Origin: Lama glama | Taxonomy: Eukaryota | Direction: 5' to 3' | DNA: 64,000 bases | Assembly (NCBI GenBank): GCA_028534125.1 | Contig: CM052817.1 | Coordinates: 1,738,001-1,802,000, forward strand | Shown: positions 52,811 through 64,000 of the stretch, piece by piece | Layout of the letters: each line of letters begins with the position of its first letter | Numbering within the stretch: position 1 is the first letter of the stretch | The notes under the pieces: model-generated | The model's input: the letters and a program-made list of their open reading frames with translations, nothing else | Databases searched by the model: none | What the model was told of the DNA's origin: nothing | Made by a program: the position numbers and the translations under genes

Positions 52811-53647
52811 TGAGAGACCGCTGCTGCCGTCCTCCGCCCCCAGCCCTCAGTTACACAGTCACAGAGACTAATGTGCCAGGTGCTGAGGTCAGTCCTGACC
52901 GCTGCACCCGTCCCCAGCCTGCCCTCCTCCCGCACAGTGGGGCAGGGGCAGGACGGGACGGTGGCCCCTCAGGAAGCTGCTACTCCGAAGCCTTCGTGAA
53001 TGGGAGCCCCGGCCTTGGGTCAGCTCCAGAGGCATGGCCTCATGGTGCCTGGCCCGGTGGCGCCGTCCCAACACGGGGAGCCCCTGACGTGAGGGACCTG
53101 AGGGCCTCCGAGGAGTCCTGCACCGGCACCCCCGCCCTTTGTTGCTGCTGTCACCTGGCGCTGGGAGCGGGTGGCCAGCGCCCCTGGGCGCCCTGGCTTG
53201 GCTCTGCCTGCTTGGAGGTGGGGTCTTCCCTGAGCACCATTTCCCTTGTTAGTTACTCTGTGGCGATTCCTTTCATCCTCTGTGAATCGTGCCAACTGTT
53301 TGTAATAACAGCTCTATTGAAATGTAATTCATATACCGTAAAATCCACCAATCTGAAGAGTACAATTCAGCAGACTTGACTCTACTCACTGAGTTGTGCA
53401 CCTGTCACCGCTGTCTAATTTCGGAACAAGTTTCGTCCCCTCAGAAGAGAAGCCCTGTGCCCACCAGCAGTCACTCCCCTCCCTCCCCTCCCCCCCCAGC
53501 CCTGCCGCCACTAATCTGCTTTCTGTCGTCGTGGGCTTGTCTGTTGGACGTGTTTGTAAGGTTCATCCATGTGGTAACAAACGTTACTTTTATAATGTGT
53601 TATTTGGAATTAATTACAAGAAAATCTAAAACTGAAATTTAATATAA

Positions 53648-54190
<543 letters not shown>

Positions 54191-56220
54191 TGACCATGGG
54201 ACAGAGCCGCAGGCTGCTTTGCAGCGGTGAGCTCTCCTCTCTGCCCACGTTTCTTCTCCCTTTAACCAGCTGCTGGGGACTGTGGTCCCAGCAGATGCCC
54301 TGAGTCGATGGCCTGCCATGTGCCTGCCGCTTTCTGGGTGTGCTGAGGGCCTTAAAGACTGCAGGTCACAGCGGGGAGGTGGGCCCCTGGGGTGCAGTCG
54401 GGCTTGCCTCTTGTGTGCCCCCAGGGCTGGACCCCTTCCCCTGCCCCAAGGCTGTCCCCTCCCAACTGTAAGAGATGAGGGCAGCTCTCCTTATCACTCA
54501 CTTCTCCTCTTAAGCCAATACTTAGGATTTTCTGAGCACATAAATGTGGCAGGACAGTGTCAGGGGCTCGTGTGGATTTAAGGGGACACTGGTGGCCCGA
54601 CTGCGCGTCATGCTCCCGCCACGCTCGGCAGGATGGATCCCATGGGCTCAGAGCAGGCGGGGAGTCGGATTCAGTTAAGCAAGTGTGAAGAAGCGGGGGC
54701 AGCGTGTGCAGAGGGCTTGATGGCTAGGCCGTGGTGTCCAAGCGGGTTACGGAGGGCAATGAGGAAATGGGCAGACGCTGGGCAGCGTGTGTGCCTCAGC
54801 CCGGGGGCCACTCCCTCCTCGCCTGAGTCAGACGGACTGGGGCGCATGGGCAGGGAGCTGCTTGAAATGCAGTCCATGCAGGACTGGCGGGTTGTGGAGA
54901 GCGACGGTGTGACCCAGGCAGAGAGTGTCGGCGTGGGCATGGAGGACCGGGCCACTGGAGAGCCCGAGGGGGCTTGGGGCCCTGCAGGGTGTTGGAATCA
55001 GTGGGTGTGTGGGTAACTTATGGGAGTTGGTGGTGGAAAAGAATTCTTTTGGTTTCCCTTTCCTTTGGTTCCCATACATGGAAGAAAGAGGGAAGGAAAG
55101 AGAAAAAGTTGGCTTTTTACAGTAATCCGAATGGGAGGCCAGAGGGAGCCCTGCAATGGATACCTCCTGTGGTTTTCTGTGCTCGGCGACGTACTGTCTC
55201 ACCTCGCAGTGGATTTCTGAGATGTTCTCGCAGGCTCGCAGTTGAAAGGTTGAGAGCCTGACTCCCGTGGAGTCCCGTGGTCAGGGGCAGCAGGTGGACT
55301 TGAGCCCAGGCTTTCTGAGCAGGGCTCTAGGGCGCATTCCTCTGCGCTGTCTGGTCAGGCTTTTGGATGCGTGTGAGTTGGCAGCCGCCTTGATGAGGGA
55401 GCCGTGGGATCCTTGAGGTGTCGTCAGTGTGTTCGGCCTCACACTTCATTTTCAGGTCTGCGTTTCATTAGCAAAGAACAGCTGCGTCGAGCGAGGCCTG
55501 TGGAGCCCCTGCCCCGGCTCGGTGCTGGGGACACACAGTGAGCTGAGTCCCTGCAGCCACTGCCCCAGAAGCTTCGAGTCCAGCAGGAAATCCTGGCCTG
55601 AGCAGTTCCCAAGTGGGGTGCTCACAGCCGTGGTGAGGGGTCCTCAGGGCCAGGTCGCAGGGACCCTGAGGCAGGAGGCTGTAAGCCCAAGAGTCCAGCG
55701 GAAGTCAGCCAGGCAGAGTCCTTCTAGAAGGGAGTGGGGTGCCTGCAGGCCCCGGAGCAGGCCCAGCACAGTAAGTCTGAGGAGGGGGAGAAGTCGGGGT
55801 GCTGCTGCTGGTGCCCAGACGGTGAGGGCTGCGGGCGCGCTGGAGCAGGCTGTGCCCTGGCCTCTGCCTGGGGCTTCCACTGATACTCAGAAGAGCAGTG
55901 GGAGCTGGTGGTAAGGCTGGGCCACGGCTCAGCCAGCTTCCCCGTGAGGCCCAGGAACTGACCGTTAGGCCCTGTGGGTCACCAGCACTGCTCCTCTCGG
56001 CCCCTGTGGTGCAGAAGCCACTGCAGCACCGGCCAGGCTGCCAGCCGGCTGCGGCCCACCCGCGGGGCTGGGCGTGTGAGAGGTGGCCTCCGCTGCAGCC
56101 TCCCAGCCCCTGATCTAGGCCACGTTTGTAGGTCCAGATCCTTCCTGCGTGGCTTTGAGCAGAGAAGGACCTTTCTGACTGATGCCGTGGAAGAAGGCCT
56201 GTTGGAAGTGTTGGCACTTG

Positions 56221-56477
56221 CAGGCACACTTCATTTTGCTGTGTTTCACATGTTGAAGGCTTGTAATAACCCGGTGTTGAGCCACTATTTTCCCAGCAGC
56301 ACTATTTTTAATCATGTACATACATGCCTTTTCTAGGCACAGTGCTATTGCACACTTAATAGACTGCAGGATAGAGTGCACTGGGAGACCACGACGTTCG
56401 TGGGACTCGCTTACCACAGTCCTCACATTGCTGCGGTGGTCTGGGGCCCGCCCTGCAGTGTCTCTGAGGTCTGCCTG
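56221..56477 (+). mobile_element. Internally deleted Tigger1-type DNA transposon
   Basis: Terminal inverted repeats caggcacac ... ggtctgcctg; internal tgctattgcacacttaatagact as in the Tigger1 3' end. Confidence 0.75.
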
Positions 56478-56878
56478 TGTTAATACATAAGAAAGCAATA
56501 CTTTGAAAGAAACACTTTGTATTAATTTTAAGAATACACAGTTTTTAGAACTAGGTTTGCTAAGTCTTCGCCTCATCTGAGGCCCTTAGTGATCTGTTTA
56601 ATTAATAGATTACAGTCACTTCTGATTACAGCGTAGCTTGGCATGGAAGTGGTATCTCTGACGTTTCTAGCAGCTTCTGTTTCTTTTAAAAAAAAATCCT
56701 AATTTTTACATGGTTAAACTTTCCTGAAGGATGTGCTTAGCCTACTCTTTATTTGCTGGCAGCTCAGAGGCAAAACTTCTAGTTTCAACTCCTTTTTGAA
56801 GCATCACACACTCTCAGTTAGTAAAATCTGAAGTAATGAGGTTGGTTGATACTTTGAAGCTCAAGTGTCTTTGTTTAG

Positions 56879-57511
<633 letters not shown>

Positions 57512-58632
57512 TGAACGAGTGAGGAGGGCGGTCTGCGCTCCATCCTTGCTCTACTGCAGGCGCCTTACAGGGACGTGAAGCCAGGGTGGTGCTGCAGGAC
57601 AGGACGGACGGAAGATGCACAGTTAAATGGTTTTAGTTGTGCAATTCACGAGAGATTATGTTTATTTTATATCGAATGTGCTATAGTAGTCACTTCGCCC
57701 TTGGAACTCGTTCACGCAGTTCATGTGTTTGAACGCCTCCCACCTGCCACACCGGCTCTAGGTATCAGAGCCACAGGAAGACGAGCGGGTGGGGTCTGCG
57801 CCGTTCTGGACCTGCTCGGGCTCGCTGAGATGCAAGTAAAACAAGCTGCGAACAAGGAAGACCCCAGCGGGGCTTCCCGAGGCCTCCTGTCCCCAGGCCC
57901 TAGGGCTGCTGGGGGTCCTGACCCGGGAGGCGGGCCCCCACAGCCGGCTCTGAGGAGGGAGACGACAGCGGGTGCAATGCTGGATCTCCCCCCCGAGGGG
58001 TAGAGGTGCCAGGCCGTGCTGGGATTCCCCTGACTTAACCAGAGGAGCCCATGGGGGCCCATTGCTGGAGCGTCAGAGGGGGACATGCTAGGCAGTTTGG
58101 TTGGCGGGAGGACAGGGCCCAGTCCTCCCATCTCCCTGGACTGTCCCCAGGGCTGGCCTGCCCCTCGGCTTGCCGGGATGGAGTAACTGAACGACAGCTG
58201 CTCTCGGCCTTCTTCTGCCCCATGGCTGGGGGTGATCCCAGTCACTGTCAGGCCCGGGCTCCAGCACTCAGCGCGCGTGCGTCCCAGGGGAGCTGTGCAG
58301 ATGGCCGGGCCGGGCGCTGTACATGAGGGAGCTGTGGGCTGGAGCGGGGGTCAGTTCCAGCAAGAGCACCTCGTCCGCCCGTCTCCTTCCCCGGCCTCCA
58401 CTCAGATCCATTGTCCCTGCGGGAGAGGGAAGGGCGGGCGCCTTAGGAGGCTTGTGGGCAGAGGGTGAGTGAGCTGGAGCAGCCAGGCCCACGGGCAGCA
58501 TTCGAGGCTGCTCCCGAGAGGCCAGGCCAAGCCGGGCAGTGGTGGGGCTGGTGCGTCAGCTTCCTGCACGGTGTGCGTGGATGCAGAAGCGGGGGTGGCT
58601 TCCAGCACATCAGCAGCCTCTGTTCTTGCTGA

Positions 58633-58800
<168 letters not shown>

Positions 58801-59241
58801 TAACTGTTCCAGCAGCGACGGAAGAAAATGTTGTGTGTGCAGAGTGGACAGCCTCCTCTTTAAAATATCTTTTTAGCTGTTTTGCACGCAAATCTGTGTG
58901 TGTGCGCGCGTGTGTGCGTGTGTATGCATGTGTGTATGCGTGCATGCTTGGAGGTAAAATTACGTGTGGCAGCTGCCCTGGTCCCTTCACAGGAGGTGGA
59001 CAGAGGTGGCCCTCTCGGGTCTGCCGTGCCCCCTGAGCAGGGCTCCCTGAGCAGGGCTCGCCGGTGCCGTGGCTCCCACGGGAGTTGACCACTCTGGGGA
59101 CTGCCGGGGGCCACGTGACCCAGAGAGGCTGGGAGGCAGCGGAAGTAGGAAGGCAGGAGGGTTCGGGTCCGAGCGGGGTGCCAGGGTGCTGGCTGGCTGT
59201 GGGACCTCCACCATGTCTCCATCTGCCCTCCTGCCATGCAG

Positions 59242-59379
59242 ATGATCGAGTCTGAATGTTTCAAGGACATCAACGAGAGTGAGCATGAGGAAAGTGTGAC
59301 ATTAGATCCAGCAGAGAAGGCACAGCAACCAGTTCCCAAACCAAGGAGAAGCTTCTTGTACAGACTTTTCACAAGAGGG
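59242..59379 (+). CDS. GRK4: GRK4 exon 15 (138 nt, frame-preserving; cassette exon in human)
   Basis: atgcag|MIESECFKDINESEHEESVTLDPAEKAQQPVPKPRRSFLYRLFTRG|gtaagg. Confidence 0.95.
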
Positions 59380-60291
59380 GTAAGGGTGGAAAATGTGTTG
59401 TTATCATGATGGTTTTAATGTGATGTGTAAAAGAAAAATACTTCACCAGGGTGAAACTCCCTTTGTGCAGCTTTCTTTTTTTGGTGTTTGTCATACAAGA
59501 CACTTAACGTCATCTAAAAGCGAGCTGAGTGGCGCTTTTTAAGTCCGGCGAGAAACATCCTCACGGTGATGCTGGCTGTCGGCATGAAAACCCCTCTGAT
59601 CCAGAAAGAAGGAACGGCTTGGGCTGCGCTGCCGGTGACAAAGCCTTTTGAACTAGGCCCGGAGCTAGCTTCTTGTAGAACGATCATAAAACAGTGCCTG
59701 TCACTCCCGACTTAGCCTGTTGCGTCGCTAGCCACGTCCACAGGGAAAGCCGGTCCTCCTTGAAGCGTGGAGGAGCGGTCTGGGGAGACTTCCCACAGCA
59801 GCGTTACACTTCGACGCCCCCGCGTCTGCGGCCAGGCGGGCTGTCCCGCCTTGGCCTGTCTGCTCCTGAGGGGTCTGTGCCGAGGCTGTCCGCTGACATT
59901 CTCATCCCCCGTTTTTCAGTATAAACTCAAGCCCTGGGTGGTGACAGCCTCTCAGCGTGTGTGACCATGTCTCCTATGAGGACTGGGGTTTGGGCGGGAG
60001 TGACCCCTCACCTCAGGGTGAATCCGCACTTGTCCACACCGGGGGCACTCAGAGACCCTGCAGCCACCAGGAGATGCTGGGGAGGAAGGAGCTGCTTTGC
60101 GCACTCCGCTCAGGGGGGCCCGCCGGGTGGGGGTGTGCGGGGAGCAGGGCGTGCCCTCCCGTTCCTCTGTGTGCAAGCCCAGCGTCCTGCACGAGGTGAA
60201 GTCAGCTCCCCTGGCGTCTTCGTGGACCCCTAAGGCAAGCTAGGCCGGCTGTGTTAGGAAGGGATTGACTGGCCTCTGGCCTGTGTTGCAG

Positions 60292-60345
60292 GGCTGCATC
60301 AGCACGGACCCCAGCGAGAAGGAGGAGCTGCCCGCCCAACGGTGA
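60292..60345 (+). CDS. GRK4: GRK4 exon 16, last coding exon with TGA stop
   Basis: ttgcag|GCISTDPSEKEELPAQR*; resembles the human C-terminus GCLTMVPSEKEVEPKQC*. Confidence 0.92.
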   Translation, partial: GCISTDPSEKEELPAQR

Positions 60346-60414
60346 CCGCTCGCCGTGCAGCGGGACCCTCACCCGGGAACACGTGCTCGAGGTCTCATCC
60401 CATCTGTGAGCTGC

Positions 60415-60420
60415 AATAAA
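60415..60420 (+). terminator. GRK4: GRK4 polyadenylation signal AATAAA
   Basis: AATAAA 70 nt after the stop, followed by a GT/T-rich tract (tgtgtctatgagtctgt...ttttctt). Confidence 0.8.
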
Positions 60421-61131
60421 CACGTGCGACACATCTTAAAATGTGTCTATGAGTCTGTAGAGTTTTCTTCATTCATACCTGAATTGTCTTGTCACTAAAG
60501 CTAGGCGGAAGAAAGGCTGTTTGAGGACCACTGTGATGCTCAGAAACCCCCTGGATGGACACCTCTGGGCTGTGGCTGCAGAGACGTGGGGGTGGGCGGG
60601 GGCATCAGTCCGGAGGTCCTGCTGCTTGCCCCTGGTGTCCCCCTGGGCTACTCCAGGAGGGAGCAGGTCGGTGTCCCTTTAACTGGCCCTGGGTTAGAAG
60701 GTGCAGCGACATTCCTGTTGGTAGCTCCCTGGCCTCTTACCAAGATTCTGCCTGCCTGCAGCGTGTCTCCCAGTCCTCTTGTCCACCTGCTGAAAGAGGG
60801 TGTTTCCAGGACCCTGAGGTCAGGGCTGGGCTGGCGGGGCTCCTTACCCTCACTCTGGAGTGTGTGGGAAGGGCTTCTACCCTCTCTGTTTTGTACTCTA
60901 TGCTTGAAATCTGGTGTGTATTCACAGCACAGCTCAGTTCAGACTCATTACATCTCAGGTGCTCAGCAGCCACGTGTGGTCAGTGGCCACGCAGCCCCAC
61001 ACCTACCTTCCAGGTTACAGAAAATACAAGGGGTACAGGAACAAGCTGAATTATACCCCGTGGAGGCAGTCAAGCCCACAGTGAGGGTGCTCCACAGGCA
61101 CTGGCCTGGGCTCCTCAGAAGGTCTGGGTCA

Positions 61132-61218
61132 GGGGGAGAGTAAATTTCAGGGGTAGAGCGCATGCCTGGCACGCATAAGGCCTTGGGCTCAATCCCCAGC
61201 ACCGCCACTGAAAAAAAA
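61132..61218 (+). mobile_element. tRNA-derived SINE (camelid Vic-1-like), diverged
   Basis: gggggagag...ggtagagcgcatgcctggcacgcataaggccttgggctcaatccccagcacc + A8 tail. Confidence 0.75.
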
Positions 61219-62869
61219 GGAAGTCAAGGTCATTTAAAAACCACTGACAGCAACGACAACCACACAGGGGGCTGCACGTTAAAAAGACACAGCCACCAGG
61301 TGCAGGCCGCGAGACGCGATCTATCCTTGTTTACAGAAGCTTAGAGAACGCATTTGGGGTCACTTGGGTATTTGACTCGGGACTGGAGTTTAGGCGACAT
61401 TGGCTGGTTAGGTGAAAGTGGTATTGTGGCTCTCAGTTTTGGAGACACCTGCTGAAGTACCGAGGGGTAGAGCGCGGCGGTGTCTCCAGCCCACTTTCAA
61501 ATGACGGGGGCGGCGTCTACATGCAGAGAAGCAAGTGTGATGCGGTATTAGGAGCTGCCGAGTCTAGAGGAAGGTATACTGGGTGATCACTGGACTGTTT
61601 TTTTTAACTTTTTGTACATACAGGAGTGCACCCAGTGTGTTGCGAGGAGAACGGAGTTGAGGTGGCAGGAAGTAGGGAGCCAGTCAGGAGCCCGCAGTGG
61701 CTCAGGCAGGCGGGACGCATGGACACAGAAGGGGTGGGCAGGTTTGTGCTCCGATCTGGGTGTGGGAGCAGCATGCATTCTAGCACAGCCTCATCCGCCG
61801 GGCTGTGAGTGTGCTATTTACACTACTCCCTGCACCCGCACACAGTTTAAGAGCCCATAGGTGGTGTATGAATTTAACTGAACCAGTTTAAATACTAGCC
61901 TGTATTTAAAGTAAAAAGTAAAGGGTAGAAGCTAACCAAAAGGAAAAGTGCTTCATTTTTATTATATTGATACTTTATTTCCCATCCACAGGTCTAGCAT
62001 GTGTTGATAATGTAAATCTTGTTTCCTTCTGAAAAAGTAATGAGGACGCTGGCAGTGGAACTGAAACCATCTTGACAACAACAGAAGAAACAAACAAAAC
62101 CCAGAGAGACCCAAAGCAGCTTTTAGAGATGAAAGTGTGCTATCTCGGCTGTGGCGATGGTTCCACAGGTGTTGCATCTGCCCAAACTCGTCAGATTGTA
62201 TACGTTCGTTAAATGTGCGGTTTTTTGTATGTCATACTTCAAGAGAGCTGTTTTTAAAGAAACCCTGAAATCATGGGACAATTCGATTTGAAAGTTATAA
62301 TGTTGTACAAGAGAAGGTGGCCACACCTGGGGACAGAGCAGACAGCAGTCAGCACGACAGAGCTCCAAACTAAGTCACCACCAGATCCATGCTGCACCCC
62401 TACTGTGTGAGGAAGGCGGGCCCCGGCCTTGTGCAGGAGCTGCCGGTGGAGGTCCCGCGACCCTCTGGGAGAGCAGGCGCAGGGAGAAGGGGGCTCTGTG
62501 CTGCTTTGGGTACAGCTGTGTGGTTGAGGAGGTGTGGGGATGGGGAGCCCATCATGCAAAAAGCATCTGTCACGTAAAAATGGGATCCTTGTGTCTTCTC
62601 GCTCATGAATGTTGCCTTGAAAGCTGTTGAAGACAGGGGTAAGGGCAGGACTCCAGGACACCCTCAGGGAGCCCCTACCCGCCAACACTGGCCGTTCATT
62701 TGGTACAGCTGCCCGATTACTGACCAGCTCGACTCCAACTGACTGGATACAGGTCTCCCCTTTTCCCTTGAGAGACGTCAAAATGCATCATGGCCAGGAA
62801 GTGGGCTGCAGCTGGGGGGTTGCACACATGAGGTCATAATGTGAAATAATTCAGTACAAGGAGGCCTAT

Positions 62870-64000
62870 ACACATTGTATAACAGAGCGAGTGGTCTCAA
62901 CTCACCAACGGAAGGGAAAGGTTTTCAGATCAGGGCACAGGGCAAAACCCAATTCTGAGCTGTTTCCAAGAGACACTCTTAAACAGAGTGAGGAAGGTTA
63001 AAATTTACCACTGAGAATGTGTATCAGGAAAATGCAAACAAAAATAAAGCAGCAGTCACAATCAGTGTCAGGCAAGGTAGAGTCCAGGCCAAGCAGAAAG
63101 GGCGCTTTGTAATGTTGAAGATACAGTTCTTAAATGAGATGAAGTGGTCAGAAATAACTATGCACCAGTTAGCAGCCATCACTTCCCCAAAGCAGAGCTG
63201 AGGGGTTAATCCAGCTCTCAGTCCAAGATAGATCAGCCCTAAAGAGCACAGCGAGGCGCAACTTAGGAACGTGTGTGCGTGTGGACGGACAGACGGGTAG
63301 ATGATACACTGATAGACTGTACGTTCTACAGTGGTGATAGAGAATGCGCCTTCTTTCCAGCGCCCGTGGAACAGTCATGAAAAGGGACCGTATATTACGT
63401 CACAAAGAAAACCCTAATACAAATTCTGAAAAGATGTAAATACGGTCGAGTATTTGATTACAAACACAGTGGACCTGAAAATCAGTAACAGAAGCAGAAA
63501 CCAAAGAGGCTTTGGCACCAGGAAATTTAACAGCCTCTACTGAAGTCGTCTTGGGCCAAGGAGGACGTACGATGGAAAACTGCAAAGCTTCTAGAAAACA
63601 AAAAGAAGACCTGTATTTCTGATGTATGGGATCAGCTAAGTAGGGCCCAAGGAGAAAACGCAATGAGTGCCGGAAAATAAAGGCATTGAGCCTCGTAACT
63701 CCAAAAGATTGAAAAAAGCATTTAAGAAAAGCAGAAGGAAGAAAGTATTGGGACAAAATAGAAACTCGTGGCTATGAAAGAGAAAAATTATAGCTCAAAT
63801 AATAGACATTTGTTCTTAAAAATCAGTCATTCAGTCAATCAATCAATCATCAATATCTAACCCAATTAAGGAGGTAAAGGGGGAAAATACAAATACACCA
63901 AAAGATGACAAGGGGCGAAGATCTCGGAGAAATCATTAAAGACACACAGTGCTTGGCATGGCTTTCTGAAAAGAGACATAAAACCTGGATGAAGTGCACT
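62870..64000 (+). mobile_element. Degenerate L1 ORF2 5' (endonuclease) region, runs off the right edge
   Basis: A-rich; tgtttccaagagacactcttaaac, aaatgcaaacaaaaataaagcag, gggcgctttgtaatgttgaag, tgggatcagctaag. Confidence 0.65.

Noticed and set aside
60500..64000. Start of HTT or another downstream gene
   Set aside because: No CpG island, CAG repeat or coding exon seen; the region is repeat relics and L1

Overview
Eukaryotic (mammalian) genomic DNA, GC-rich, most likely from a camelid judging by three tRNA-derived SINEs of the camelid (Vic-1-like) type. It holds a head-to-head gene pair. NOP14 is on the minus strand (coding exons 1-11, 12983 down to 212, 545 codons; the gene continues past the left edge). 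GRK4 is on the plus strand (all 16 coding exons, 13759-60345, poly(A) signal 60415). The two share a ~0.8 kb CpG-island bidirectional promoter. All exons were placed by hand from GT/AG boundaries and reading-frame continuity. The GRK4 exons sum to 1737 nt (578 codons + stop), the length I recall for human GRK4-alpha. The main anomaly is that the codon matching the GRK4 initiator Met is GTC, four of the first seven codons differ from the MELENIVAN motif, and an in-frame ATG sits at codon 11, although the rest of the kinase is intact. Other points: an ERV-type LTR with a CCAAT array and two octamers in NOP14 intron 1 pointing toward GRK4, a CGG repeat and an overlapping uORF in the GRK4 leader, and the usual L1/L2/MIR/MaLR/DNA-transposon relics. 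Comparisons with human proteins and repeat consensus sequences are from memory, not database searches; repeat boundaries are approximate.
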